The notes under the pieces are model-generated. The model saw only the letters and a list, made by a program, of their open reading frames with translations. It searched no databases and had not been told where the DNA came from. A DNA stretch of 53,508 nt from Escherichia coli (GTDB taxonomy: Bacteria; Pseudomonadota; Gammaproteobacteria; Enterobacterales; Enterobacteriaceae), in NCBI RefSeq assembly GCF_003334335.1, contig NZ_QOWQ01000033.1; one strand, written 5' to 3'. Below are positions 1-10,138 of the stretch, piece after piece (positions within the stretch are counted from its first letter, which is position 1; each line of letters starts with the position of its first letter). A program made the position numbers and the translations under genes.

Positions 1-257
1 GCAGCCTGATTAAGGGACATGTGCTGCTCGATCACAGCTTTCACGACCTTAATACGCAACTCTGGATCAGCACTAACGCCTTTAGGTTTGGGAATTAAAC
101 CTTTTTCTCCATGTTTTTCATAGAGGGCAACCCATGTCCTGACCTGGGTTCGGGGGACACCAAAACGTGCCGAGATGATCCTGTAACCATCATCAGTTGT
201 GAAGTAGTGATTCACGACTTCAAGGCGCTTTTCAAAAGGGTATTTTGGCTTTGACAT
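1..257 (-). CDS. insJ: IS150 transposase OrfA (InsJ), N-terminal ~85 codons; C-terminus outside window
   Basis: ATG at 255-257 (minus); translation matches the InsJ helix-turn-helix N-terminus. Confidence 0.8.
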   Translation of the reverse strand, partial: MSKPKYPFEKRLEVVNHYFTTDDGYRIISARFGVPRTQVRTWVALYEKHGEKGLIPKPKGVSADPELRIKVVKAVIEQHMSLNQA

Positions 258-304
258 ATTAGGGGCTATTCCATTTCATCGTCCAACAAAATGGGTGCAG
301 TACA
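1..304 (-). mobile_element. IS150 left end (partial; rest of element lies beyond window start)
   Basis: Minus-strand ORF 1..257 translates to the IS150 OrfA/InsJ N-terminus (MSKPKYPFEKRLEVVNHYFTTDDGYRIISARFGV...); element terminus TGTACTGCACCCATTTTGTTGGACG read on minus strand ends at 304. Recognition from memory, not a search. Confidence 0.8.
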
Positions 305-336
305 TACTCGTTGGAAATCAACACAGGAGGCTGGGA

Positions 337-489
337 ATGCCGCAGAAATATAGATTACTTTCTTTAATAGTGATTTGTTTCACGCTTTTATTTTTCACCT
401 GGATGATAAGAGATTCACTGTGTGAATTGCATATTAAACAGGAGAGTTATGAGCTGGCGGCGTTTTTAGCCTGCAAATTGAAAGAGTAA
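337..489 (+). CDS. hokA: Hok-family type I toxin (small membrane peptide, 50 aa)
   Basis: MPQKYRLLSLIVICFTLLFFTWMIRDSLCELHIKQESYELAAFLACKLKE; ATG at 337 within ORF 295..489; one hydrophobic helix typical of Hok/Gef. Confidence 0.8.
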   Translation: MPQKYRLLSLIVICFTLLFFTWMIRDSLCELHIKQESYELAAFLACKLKE

Positions 490-616
490 GAGTCTTCGGC
501 GGGAAATTATTCCCGCCTTACTTACGGCGTTGCGCATTCTCATTGCACCCAAATTTATTCTTCACAAAAATAATAATAGATTTTATTACGCGATCGATTA
601 TTTATTTCCTGAAAAC

Positions 617-648
617 AAATAAAAAAATCCCCGCCAAATGGCAGGGAT
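617..648 (-). terminator. rho-independent terminator of cspA
   Basis: Minus-strand hairpin ATCCCTGCC-ATTT-GGCGGGGAT followed by a T7 run, 28 bp after the cspA stop. Confidence 0.7.
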
Positions 649-675
649 CTTAGATTCTGTGCTTTTAAGCAGAGA

Positions 676-888
676 TTACAGGCTGGTTACGTTACCAGCT
701 GCCGGGCCTTTAGCGCCGCTTTCGATGGTGAAGGACACTTTCTGACCTTCGTCCAGAGATTTGTAACCATCGTTCTGGATAGCAGAGAAGTGTACGAACA
801 CATCTTTAGAGCCATCGTCAGGAGTGATGAAGCCGAAGCCTTTGTCAGCGTTGAACCATTTTACGATACCAGTCATTTTACCGGACAT
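676..888 (-). CDS. cspA: major cold shock protein CspA (70 aa)
   Basis: [70 protein letters not shown]; RNP1-like KGFGFI motif. Confidence 0.97.
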
Positions 889-1047
889 AGTGTATTACCT
901 TTAATAATTAAGTGTGCCTTTCGGCGATATGGCGTGCTTTACAGATTTTGAAGCGTTAAAGGAATGTGCACTACGAGGGGTATCAACGATAACTCTTGAA
1001 GGGACTTGCCTTACTACACTGCTTTAATGGTCTGTACGTCAAACCGT
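889..1047 (-). promoter_or_regulatory. cspA long 5' UTR (cold box / thermosensor leader, about 160 nt)
   Basis: Sequence between the promoter -10 and the cspA ATG on the minus strand; the long structured leader is established knowledge for cspA. 5' end inferred from promoter position. Confidence 0.6.
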
Positions 1048-1055
1048 TGATGTGC

Positions 1056-1110
1056 ATTAAGCCACGCATTGGCGGGTGATGCAACAATTATTTTTCATAT
1101 TTATGATTAA
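1056..1110 (-). promoter_or_regulatory. cspA promoter (-35 TTGCAT, 17 bp spacer, -10 CTTAAT) with AT-rich UP element upstream
   Basis: Minus-strand reading: TTGCAT cacccgccaatgcgtgg CTTAAT, preceded by AT-rich taatcataaatatgaaaaataattg. Confidence 0.65.
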
Positions 1111-1121
1111 TCGGTTGGAAA

Positions 1122-1143
1122 ACGGTCCTGTCATCAGGACCGT
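1122..1143 (-). terminator. hairpin downstream of yiaG (possible terminator)
   Basis: ACGGTCCTG-tcat-CAGGACCGT perfect 9 bp stem 25 bp after the yiaG stop; the trailing T-run is weak. Confidence 0.4.
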
Positions 1144-1168
1144 AAACAGCAATAAAGTGGATAAAAGT

Positions 1169-1459
1169 CTATTCCATCAACTGCTTACTTAATGCCGGGT
1201 TGGCTTGAATCAAACGCATCAATTTTAGTTCGGCACTTGAAGGCTTCACGCGTCTGGATTCCCATTCCTTTACCATGGCGACTGATACGCCCAAAACCCG
1301 GGCGAAATCATCGATTTTTAATCCTGTCCCTTTTCGTAACTGCTCAATTTCGGTACAGGACGTTGTTCTGTGCGTCAGGGTAATTTTCTGCGTTTCATCT
1401 TTAAAAACAATCTGTTCCAGGCTGCTCAACAGCTCATGCATTGGATCTTTATATTCCAT
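1169..1459 (-). CDS. yiaG: XRE-family HTH transcriptional regulator YiaG (96 aa)
   Basis: Full ORF; HTH segment LRKGTGLKIDDFARVLGVSVAMVKEWE. Confidence 0.9.
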   Translation of the reverse strand: MEYKDPMHELLSSLEQIVFKDETQKITLTHRTTSCTEIEQLRKGTGLKIDDFARVLGVSVAMVKEWESRRVKPSSAELKLMRLIQANPALSKQLME

Positions 1460-1892
1460 TGAAAACTCCTCAAATCACACTGCGGGATCGTGAATTGCAT
1501 CGAAGCTCATTAAGAATAGTCGGGAAAAGCAGACACAGCGGGGTGAAGTCAGGGCATGCTCTGGCTATGATTCGATTCAGCCTGTCATTTAGCGTGACTT
1601 ATAGCCACCTAACGATCTGATAAATGCCGATATATCTCTTACCACTCCTGTTTTGTAAAGATTTCGAAAATCTAACCTTCTGCGAAGGCGTAAATCTCTG
1701 GCTACAAAAAAGGCAACGGCACTATCATTTTTTAACAATGAAACAACAAATTAACCTTGTTTCATTTTCTCCATGATTTTACCAGGAAGATTACGTAGAA
1801 AGGGTATCCTGCAAGCCTGTCCTGGACTATCCTTGTCACGTCAGACACGCGTGTGTCGTTGTGCGCTTTTTTTGGGTGAAAGGAGTAAGAAA

Positions 1893-2603
1893 ATGGCGAC
1901 AGGAAAGTCCTGCTCTCGCTGGTTTGCGCCTCTTGCGGCGTTATTAATGGTAGTTAGCCTGAGTGGGTGTTTTGATAAAGAAGGCGATCAGCGTAAAGCG
2001 TTTATCGACTTCCTGCAGAATACAGTGATGCGTAGCGGTGAACGTCTACCAACCCTGACTGCCGATCAGAAAAAACAGTTTGGTCCTTTTGTCTCTGATT
2101 ACGCGATTCTGTATGGTTATTCTCAGCAGGTGAATCAGGCGATGGATTCCGGTCTGCGCCCGGTTGTAGACAGCGTTAACGCAATTCGCGTACCGCAGGA
2201 TTACGTTACGCAAAGCGGTCCGCTGCGTGAAATGAACGGTTCGCTGGGTGTGCTGGCGCAACAACTGCAAAATGCGAAGTTGCAGGCCGATGCTGCGCAC
2301 TCTGCGCTAAAACAGAGCGATGATTTGAAACCGGTCTTTGATCAGGCATTCACCAAAGTGGTAACGACGCCAGCTGATGCATTGCAACCGTTGATTCCGG
2401 CGGCACAAACTTTCACGCAACAACTGGTGATGGTTGGAGACTACATTGCTCAGCAAGGTACTCAGGTGAGCTTTGTCGCAAATGGCATCCAGTTCCCGAC
2501 TTCACAGCAGGCAAGTGAATATAACAAACTGATTGCGCCATTACCGGCACAGCATCAGGCGTTTAATCAGGCCTGGACTACAGCAGTTACTGCAACCCAA
2601 TAA
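1893..2603 (+). CDS. yiaF: lipoprotein YiaF (DUF3053)
   Basis: ATG at 1893 preceded by AGGAG; signal peptide plus lipobox LSGC; the ORF track's longer 1773 start is an upstream in-frame extension. Confidence 0.9.
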   Translation: MATGKSCSRWFAPLAALLMVVSLSGCFDKEGDQRKAFIDFLQNTVMRSGERLPTLTADQKKQFGPFVSDYAILYGYSQQVNQAMDSGLRPVVDSVNAIRVPQDYVTQSGPLREMNGSLGVLAQQLQNAKLQADAAHSALKQSDDLKPVFDQAFTKVVTTPADALQPLIPAAQTFTQQLVMVGDYIAQQGTQVSFVANGIQFPTSQQASEYNKLIAPLPAQHQAFNQAWTTAVTATQ

Positions 2604-2652
2604 AGAGTAAAAGCCCGAGCGATTATCGGGCTTTACTCTACGCAGTCGCGGC

Positions 2653-3627
2653 TTAGTCCGCGACGTGCGGATTCACACAGTTCTTCTCAACCTTTCCTTG
2701 TAACGCATCAATCAAATTATCCACGGCACAGGCGGCCATGCCATAACGCGTCTCATGGGTGGCAGATCCAATATGCGGTACTGCGACGACGTTGGCCATT
2801 GAGAGCAACGGCGAATCTACGGACAGTGGCTCTTGTTCGAAGACATCCAGCCCGGCAGCGTGAATTTCGCCTTTCTGCAATGCTGCGATCAGTGCATTTT
2901 CGTCAACCACCGGGCCACGTCCGGCATTAATGAAAATGGCGGAGGATTTCATTTTGGCGAATTGTTCTGCGCCAAACAGATGATGCGTCTCATCAGTTAA
3001 CGGCAGGATCAGGCAAACGAAATCTGACTCTTGTAACAGAGTATCCAAATCGCAGTAGCGGGCGTTGAAGCGTTCTTCTGCTTCTTTATGGTGGCGGCGC
3101 GCGTTATAGAGGATGGGCATGTTGAAGCCAAAGTGCGCACGTTGTGCCAGCGCCATGCCGATCCGTCCCATCCCGACAATGCCCAGTGTTTTATGGTGAA
3201 CGTCAGTGCCGTACCAGTCCGGGCCTATGCTCGCGGTCCATTCGCCTGCTTTTACCCGTTCTGCTACCTCCACAACCCGACGAGCGGTAGACAACACCAG
3301 CGCCATCAGCGTATCGGCGACGGTTTCTGTTAATACGGTTGGCGTGTGCATCAGCAGAATTTTTCGGGCGGTAAGCGCATCGACATCAAAATTGTCATAG
3401 CCGACGGAGATCGTTGATGTGGCACGCAGTTTCGGCATTTTTTCCAGCAATGCGGCATTTACATTCTCGTTTGAACCCAGTAAACCTTCAGCTTCGGCAA
3501 AAATTGCTGCATTTTGTTCGACGGTTTGTGGGCTGAGGTTTGCCACCTGGTGAACGGTGAAATGCTCTTGCAGGCGTTGCAGTAAATCATCAGGTAAGGC
3601 TTTGTAGAGGATAACGGACGGCTTCAT
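2653..3627 (-). CDS. ghrB: glyoxylate/hydroxypyruvate reductase B (2-ketogluconate reductase, D-2-hydroxyacid dehydrogenase family)
   Basis: [16 protein letters not shown]...; NAD-binding GxGxxG (GIVGMGRIG); ATG 12 bp inside the listed ORF. Confidence 0.92.
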   Translation of the reverse strand: MKPSVILYKALPDDLLQRLQEHFTVHQVANLSPQTVEQNAAIFAEAEGLLGSNENVNAALLEKMPKLRATSTISVGYDNFDVDALTARKILLMHTPTVLTETVADTLMALVLSTARRVVEVAERVKAGEWTASIGPDWYGTDVHHKTLGIVGMGRIGMALAQRAHFGFNMPILYNARRHHKEAEERFNARYCDLDTLLQESDFVCLILPLTDETHHLFGAEQFAKMKSSAIFINAGRGPVVDENALIAALQKGEIHAAGLDVFEQEPLSVDSPLLSMANVVAVPHIGSATHETRYGMAACAVDNLIDALQGKVEKNCVNPHVAD

Positions 3628-3730
3628 GCTTCTCTCCATTCACTGATAAGGCGATCACCTTAGCCTGAAATATGATGAAGGAAAACTGAAGAATGCCAGG
3701 TGATTTCTGCATCACCTGGCATGAAAGGGA

Positions 3731-4390
3731 TTACAGCGGGCTTAAGGTAATTTCTACACGGCGGTTTTGCGCCTTACCTTCTGCGGTGCTGTTGCTGGCG
3801 ATTGGGTTAGCCGGGCCAAGGCCCTGAGTACGGATGCGGCTGGCGTCCACGCCCTGGGTGATCAACGCGCTGGCAACGGAATCCGCACGTTGCTGGGAGA
3901 GACGCATGTTCAGGTCGTGACCACCCGTGCTGTCGGTATAACCAATCACGTTAACCGCCGTTTTCGGATACTCTTTCAGTACCATTGCCACGCCGGTCAG
4001 GGTGTTAGCGCCCGCCGGTTTCAGGGTCGCGCTGCTGCTGTCGAAGGTCACATTGTTCGGCATATTGAGGATAATGTTATCCCCGCTGCGGGTTACGCTA
4101 ACACCAGTGCCGCGCATTTTGTCGCGCAGCTTCGCTTCCTGCACATCCATGTAATAACCAACGCCGCCGCCCAGAGCTGCGCCTGCTGCTGCGCCAATCA
4201 GCGCGCCTTTACCGCGATCTTTCTTCGAAGAAGAGAGCGCACCAATACCCGCGCCCACGAGAGAGCCCAGACCTGCGCCGATAGCAGATTTACCTGCTTC
4301 GCGTTCGCCGGTGTAAGGGTTAGTTGTGCAGCCAGATACCGCCAGAGCGCCACTCACTACGGCGGCAATAAGATAAACACGTTTCTTCAT
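3731..4390 (-). CDS. yiaD: OmpA-family peptidoglycan-associated outer membrane lipoprotein YiaD
   Basis: Signal peptide with lipobox (LAVSGC), Gly/Ala-rich linker, C-terminal OmpA-like domain (NRRVEITL). Confidence 0.92.
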   Translation of the reverse strand: MKKRVYLIAAVVSGALAVSGCTTNPYTGEREAGKSAIGAGLGSLVGAGIGALSSSKKDRGKGALIGAAAGAALGGGVGYYMDVQEAKLRDKMRGTGVSVTRSGDNIILNMPNNVTFDSSSATLKPAGANTLTGVAMVLKEYPKTAVNVIGYTDSTGGHDLNMRLSQQRADSVASALITQGVDASRIRTQGLGPANPIASNSTAEGKAQNRRVEITLSPL

Positions 4391-4542
4391 TGTTAATCCT
4401 TAATAACCTTTTTATTCTTTGCCACGGGTTCCGTGGCGGGAGATTATGCCGCGTGAACATGAAGATTATTCCTGGGAATACTCGGAAATTTGTAAGTAAT
4501 ATTTAACTGCTCAATACATCTAACCTTTCAGGAGTCTTCGGT

Positions 4543-6876
4543 TTGGCCAACTCATCCTCACGATATTCCGTTCTGACTGCCGCCCATTGGGGGCCCATGC
4601 TGGTTGAAACCGACGGCGAAACCGTGTTTAGCTCGCGTGGCGCGTTAGCCACAGGAATGGAAAACTCCTTGCAGAGCGCGGTTCGCGACCAGGTTCACAG
4701 CAATACGCGGGTACGATTTCCAATGGTGCGAAAAGGCTTTCTTGCGTCACCGGAAAACCCGCAAGGCATTCGTGGGCAGGATGAATTTGTTCGCGTGAGT
4801 TGGGATGAGGCGCTGGATCTTATTCACCAACAACATAAACGCATTCGTGAGGCTTATGGTCCGGCATCGATTTTTGCTGGTTCCTACGGCTGGCGTTCAA
4901 ACGGCGTGCTGCATAAGGCCTCGACATTATTACAACGCTATATGGCGCTGGCAGGCGGTTATACCGGGCATCTGGGGGATTATTCGACCGGCGCGGCACA
5001 GGCGATCATGCCGTATGTCGTGGGTGGTAGTGAAGTTTATCAACAGCAGACCAGTTGGCCGCTGGTGCTGGAACATAGCGATGTCGTGGTGCTGTGGAGT
5101 GCTAACCCACTCAATACGCTGAAAATTGCGTGGAATGCATCCGATGAGCAGGGGCTTTCTTACTTTTCTGCACTGCGTGACAGCGGGAAAAAGCTGATCT
5201 GCATTGATCCAATGCGATCGGAAACCGTCGATTTCTTTGGCGATAAAATGGAGTGGGTGGCACCGCACATGGGCACCGATGTTGCGCTGATGCTGGGGAT
5301 CGCCCATACGCTGGTGGAAAATGGTTGGCACGACGAAGCGTTTCTGGCGCGTTGCACCACAGGTTATGCCGTCTTCGCCTCTTATTTGCTGGGCGAGAGT
5401 GACGGAATAGCGAAAACCGCCGAATGGGCAGCAGAGATTTGTGGTGTTGGCGCAGCGAAAATCCGCGAGCTGGCGGCTATTTTCCACCAAAATACCACCA
5501 TGCTGATGGCAGGCTGGGGAATGCAGCGCCAACAGTTTGGTGAGCAAAAACACTGGATGATCGTCACGCTGGCAGCAATGTTGGGGCAAATCGGCACACC
5601 CGGCGGCGGTTTTGGTCTTTCTTACCATTTTGCCAATGGTGGTAACCCCACGCGGCGTTCTGCGGTGCTCTCTTCCATGCAGGGCAGCTTGCCGGGTGGC
5701 TGCGATGCGGTGGATAAAATCCCTGTTGCCCGCATTGTTGAAGCACTGGAAAACCCTGGTGGCGCATATCAACACAACGGTATGAACCGACATTTCCCGG
5801 ATATTCGTTTTATCTGGTGGGCGGGCGGTGCCAACTTTACTCATCATCAGGATACCAATCGCCTGATCCGTGCCTGGCAAAAACCGGAGCTGGTGGTGAT
5901 CTCTGAATGCTTCTGGACGGCGGCGGCAAAACACGCGGATATCGTTCTGCCTGCGACTACCTCTTTTGAGCGTAATGATCTCACCATGACCGGTGATTAC
6001 AGTAATCAGCATCTGGTGCCGATGAAGCAAGTGGTGCCGCCACGCTATGAAGCGCGTAATGATTTTGATGTTTTTGCCGAGTTAAGTGAACGCTGGGAGA
6101 AGGGCGGTTATGCACGTTTTACGGAAGGAAAAAGTGAGCTGCAATGGCTGGAAACGTTTTATAACGTTGCCCGACAGCGCGGGGCAAGCCAGCAGGTTGA
6201 ATTGCCGCCATTTGCTGAGTTCTGGCAAGCCAACCAGTTAATTGAGATGCCGGAAAACCCGGACAGCGAGCGGTTTATTCGCTTCGCTGATTTTTGCCGC
6301 GATCCGCTGGCGCATCCGTTAAAAACCGCCAGCGGCAAGATTGAAATCTTCTCACAGCGTATTGCCGATTACGGTTACCCGGATTGCCCTGGGCATCCAA
6401 TGTGGCTGGAGCCGGACGAATGGCAGGGCAATGCCGAACCAGAACAGTTGCAGGTACTTTCTGCCCATCCGGCGCACCGCCTGCACAGCCAGCTGAATTA
6501 CAGTTCTCTGCGCGAATTGTACGCGGTGGCAAATCGTGAGCCTGTCACCATTCATCCTGACGATGCCCAGGAGCGCGGCATACAAGATGGCGATACTGTT
6601 CGGTTGTGGAACGCACGCGGGCAAATTCTTGCCGGAGCGGTCATTAGCGAGGGAATTAAACCTGGCGTGATTTGCATTCACGAAGGGGCATGGCCGGATC
6701 TGGATTTAACCGCTGACGGTATTTGTAAAAACGGCGCAGTGAACGTGCTGACCAAAGATCTCCCCAGCTCGCGGCTGGGGAATGGCTGTGCGGGTAATAC
6801 GGCGCTGGCATGGCTGGAAAAATACAACGGTCCGGAACTGACACTTACAGCGTTTGAACCACCGGCCAGCTCATAA
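4543..6876 (+). CDS. bisC: biotin sulfoxide reductase (molybdopterin oxidoreductase)
   Basis: 777 aa ORF of the molybdopterin DMSO-reductase family; the listed start is a TTG, so the true start is uncertain (in-frame ATGs at about 4597 and about 4657). Confidence 0.9.
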
Positions 6877-7285
6877 TCCATGTGGGTAGTTGGGTTTCAT
6901 CCTGCCATGCGCAATCGACAATGTGAAAACCCTGTGCCTGGTAAAAATTTATCGCCGGTTGATTTTTTTGATAAACCTCCAGCATCAGGTGGGGATGGCG
7001 CTGCTGCACATACTGCATCAGCGCCTTACCAATACCGCGCCTGACGGCCTTCGGTGCGACAAACATCGCTGCCAGAAATCGGCCTTCCATAATGCTGACA
7101 AAACCGAGAAGCTTACCGTCTTCTTCCCAGACCCAGTTTTGCGCGTTGGCAAGATAGGCATCCCGCACCAGCGGAATGCAGTCACGCCAGTAATTCGCTT
7201 TTATAAAGGGATGCCCCCAGGTTGTACTTTCCAGCCACAGTTCGAGGATCGCGGGGAGTTCTGAACGTTGCGCTTCCCGAATCAT
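6845..7285 (-). CDS. yiaC: GNAT family N-acetyltransferase YiaC
   Basis: 146 aa with GNAT acetyl-CoA motif (RRGIGKALM); 3' end overlaps the bisC 3' end convergently. Confidence 0.9.
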   Translation of the reverse strand: MIREAQRSELPAILELWLESTTWGHPFIKANYWRDCIPLVRDAYLANAQNWVWEEDGKLLGFVSIMEGRFLAAMFVAPKAVRRGIGKALMQYVQQRHPHLMLEVYQKNQPAINFYQAQGFHIVDCAWQDETQLPTWIMSWPVVQTL

Positions 7286-7845
7286 GGTTTATTTCCCGGA
7301 TAGCAACAGCAGCCAACCACATGATCATTCACCAGCCCACATGCCTGCATAAAGGAGTAACAGATTGTGGTGCCGACAAACTTAAAACCACGTTTTTTCA
7401 GTGCCTTAGATAGGGCGTCGGAGGCGGACGTAGATGTGGGAATTTCGCTCAACGTTGTGGCTTGTGTCACCTGTGGCTGATGATTTACAAACGACCAGAC
7501 AAAGTCGACAAACGGTTCGCCGTTCTGTTCCATTTGCAGGTACGCCCGCGCATTACCAATAATTGCCTGAATTTTCCCTCGATGGCGGATAATCCCGGCG
7601 TCCTGTACCAGTCTTTCGACATCCTCTTCCTGCATTGCTGCGACCTTCACCGGATCGAACTGATGAAAGCAGGCGCGATAGTTTTCGCGTTTTTTGAGGA
7701 CGGTGATCCACGATAATCCAGCCTGCTGCCCTTCAAGGCAGATCATTTCGAACAGTTTTTTACTGTCAGTTTCAGGCACGCCCCACTCATTATCATGGTA
7801 GGCAATATAAAGCGGGTCCTGACTCACCCAGCCGCAACGTTCCAT
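7282..7845 (-). CDS. tag: DNA-3-methyladenine glycosylase I (187 aa)
   Basis: MERCGWVSQDPLYIAYHDNEWGVPETDSKKLFE... with C-terminal zinc-site Cys/His; ATG at 7845; the longer ORF to 8082 is an upstream extension. Confidence 0.93.
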   Translation of the reverse strand: MERCGWVSQDPLYIAYHDNEWGVPETDSKKLFEMICLEGQQAGLSWITVLKKRENYRACFHQFDPVKVAAMQEEDVERLVQDAGIIRHRGKIQAIIGNARAYLQMEQNGEPFVDFVWSFVNHQPQVTQATTLSEIPTSTSASDALSKALKKRGFKFVGTTICYSFMQACGLVNDHVVGCCCYPGNKP

Positions 7846-8002
7846 ACTTTCCCTCGCTATGTACCCGATCGTAAAAATTTCAGCCGCTTTTCTTGACGCA
7901 TCGGTGAAAAAGTCAATATTTAATACAGGGCTACTATGCCCGATATCCTTCATACAATGACAATAATATTGCCGAATTCGGCTCTTCCCTGGAGTCGTGT
8001 TA

Positions 8003-8701
8003 ATGATCATAAAAAAAAGCGGTGGTCGCTGGCAGCTAAGCCTGCTGGCGAGCGTGGTAATCAGTGCCTTTTTTCTCAACACAGCTTACGCCTGGCAACA
8101 AGAATATATCGTTGATACGCAACCCGGACTTTCCACAGAGCGTTACACCTGGGATAGTGATCATCAACCTGATTACAACGATATTTTGTCGCAACGTATT
8201 CAAAGTAGCCAAAGGGCGCTGGGACTGGAAGTCAATCTGGCGGAAGAAACCCCTGTGGATGTGACCAGCAGTATGAGTATGGGCTGGAATTTTCCTTTAT
8301 ATGAACAGGTTACAACCGGCCCGGTCGCGGCATTACATTACGATGGCACAACCACCTCGATGTATAACGAGTTTGGCGACAGTACTACCACGCTGACCGA
8401 TCCGTTATGGCATGCCAGCGTGAGTACCTTAGGCTGGCGTGTTGACTCCCGGCTTGGCGATCTCCGACCCTGGGCGCAAATCAGCTATAACCAGCAATTT
8501 GGCGAGAATATCTGGAAGGCGCAATCAGGCCTGAGCCGGATGACGGCGACAAACCAGAACGGCAACTGGCTGGATGTCACCGTAGGCGCTGATATGTTGC
8601 TCAATCAAAATATTGCCGCCTATGCCGCGCTAACTCAGGCAGAAAATACCACTAATAATAGCGACTATCTGTATACGATGGGGGTTAGCGCCAGATTTTA
8701 A
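8003..8701 (+). CDS. yhjY: small outer-membrane beta-barrel protein with autotransporter-like translocator domain (232 aa)
   Basis: N-terminal signal peptide (LLASVVISAFFLNTAYA), C-terminal aromatic residue (…GVSARF) typical of OMP barrels; ATG at 8003. Confidence 0.85.
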   Translation: MIIKKSGGRWQLSLLASVVISAFFLNTAYAWQQEYIVDTQPGLSTERYTWDSDHQPDYNDILSQRIQSSQRALGLEVNLAEETPVDVTSSMSMGWNFPLYEQVTTGPVAALHYDGTTTSMYNEFGDSTTTLTDPLWHASVSTLGWRVDSRLGDLRPWAQISYNQQFGENIWKAQSGLSRMTATNQNGNWLDVTVGADMLLNQNIAAYAALTQAENTTNNSDYLYTMGVSARF

Positions 8702-8815
8702 CGTAACAGTCACAATTGAAACCATTAAATAACAATAGTTGTGGCGATAGTGGGTGCTAACTTACCAAATAATAAATTTGGTGAATAATTGTCGCGTCAT
8801 TCATTCCTGAACTAA

Positions 8816-8846
8816 GGCATTTCATTCCGTTCTGATGGCATTTCAT
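8816..8846 (+). promoter_or_regulatory. YpdB (LytTR response regulator) binding site: direct repeat GGCATTTCAT-N11-GGCATTTCAT
   Basis: Two perfect 10-bp direct repeats 11 bp apart, about 85 bp upstream of the yhjX ATG; matches the published YpdB motif as I recall it. Confidence 0.75.
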
Positions 8847-8929
8847 GCCGTTTTTCCCCAGGCATAAAGTGCACTTCGTTATGGTTGTCGGCAGAGATTT
8901 TTCCTTTTTATTACTGCAGGAATACTGCC

Positions 8930-10138
8930 ATGACACCTTCAAATTATCAGCGTACCCGCTGGCTGACACTCATCGGTACTATCATTACCCAGTTTGCGCT
9001 GGGGTCGGTTTATACCTGGAGCCTGTTTAATGGCGCGCTTTCCGCCAAGCTGGATGCGCCGGTAAGCCAGGTCGCTTTCTCTTTCGGCTTGTTAAGTCTG
9101 GGGCTGGCAATTTCGTCTTCTGTTGCGGGCAAATTACAGGAACGTTTTGGCGTTAAACGCGTCACCATGGCTTCCGGCATTTTGCTGGGATTAGGCTTCT
9201 TCCTGACAGCGCATTCTGACAACCTGATGATGCTGTGGTTAAGCGCCGGTGTGCTGGTGGGACTGGCAGATGGCGCGGGTTATCTGCTGACGCTCTCTAA
9301 CTGTGTGAAGTGGTTCCCGGAGCGTAAAGGTCTGATCTCCGCGTTCGCTATCGGTTCTTATGGTCTGGGTAGCCTGGGTTTCAAATTTATCGACACGCAG
9401 CTGCTGGAAACGGTCGGTCTGGAAAAAACCTTTGTGATTTGGGGAGCGATTGCGCTGTTGATGATTGTTTTCGGCGCAACGTTAATGAAAGACGCACCAA
9501 AACAGGAAGTGAAAACCAGCAATGGTGTGGTGGAGAAAGATTACACGCTGGCAGAGTCGATGCGTAAACCGCAGTACTGGATGTTAGCGGTAATGTTCCT
9601 GACCGCCTGCATGAGCGGCCTGTACGTGATTGGGGTAGCGAAAGATATCGCCCAAAGTCTGGCACACCTTGATGTGGTTTCCGCAGCCAATGCAGTCACT
9701 GTTATTTCCATCGCCAACCTTTCAGGTCGTCTGGTGCTGGGTATTCTGTCTGACAAAATCGCCCGTATCCGTGTTATTACCATTGGTCAGGTGATATCGC
9801 TGGTGGGTATGGCGGCCCTGCTGTTTGCACCATTGAATGCAGTGACGTTCTTTGCAGCGATTGCCTGCGTGGCATTTAACTTTGGCGGCACTATTACCGT
9901 CTTTCCGTCACTGGTCAGTGAGTTCTTTGGCCTCAATAACCTGGCGAAAAACTACGGTGTGATTTATCTCGGTTTCGGTATCGGTAGCATTTGTGGTTCG
10001 ATTATCGCCTCACTGTTTGGCGGCTTCTATGTGACCTTCTACGTGATTTTCGCCCTGCTGATTCTGTCATTGGCGCTTTCTACGACGATTCGTCAGCCAG
10101 AGCAGAAAATGTTGCGTGAGGCGCATGGCTCCCTTTAA
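8930..10138 (+). CDS. yhjX: MFS transporter YhjX (oxalate/formate antiporter-like; pyruvate-responsive)
   Basis: 12-TM MFS profile starting MTPSNYQRTRWLTLIGTIITQFALGSVYTWSLFN; ATG at 8930. Confidence 0.92.
   Translation: MTPSNYQRTRWLTLIGTIITQFALGSVYTWSLFNGALSAKLDAPVSQVAFSFGLLSLGLAISSSVAGKLQERFGVKRVTMASGILLGLGFFLTAHSDNLMMLWLSAGVLVGLADGAGYLLTLSNCVKWFPERKGLISAFAIGSYGLGSLGFKFIDTQLLETVGLEKTFVIWGAIALLMIVFGATLMKDAPKQEVKTSNGVVEKDYTLAESMRKPQYWMLAVMFLTACMSGLYVIGVAKDIAQSLAHLDVVSAANAVTVISIANLSGRLVLGILSDKIARIRVITIGQVISLVGMAALLFAPLNAVTFFAAIACVAFNFGGTITVFPSLVSEFFGLNNLAKNYGVIYLGFGIGSICGSIIASLFGGFYVTFYVIFALLILSLALSTTIRQPEQKMLREAHGSL

Noticed and set aside
1773-1892. Upstream in-frame extensions of yiaF (also tag 7846..8082, kdgK 41351..41698, yhjV 20207..20269, bcsB 28075..28161)
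   Set aside because: The longest-ORF starts lack an RBS and would remove signal peptides or overlap upstream genes; internal ATGs with SD sequences give the known protein lengths.
4930-6030. 366-aa ORF on the minus strand
   Set aside because: Lies entirely antisense within bisC; Arg/His-rich, low-complexity composition typical of a GC-driven shadow ORF; no RBS or recognisable domain.
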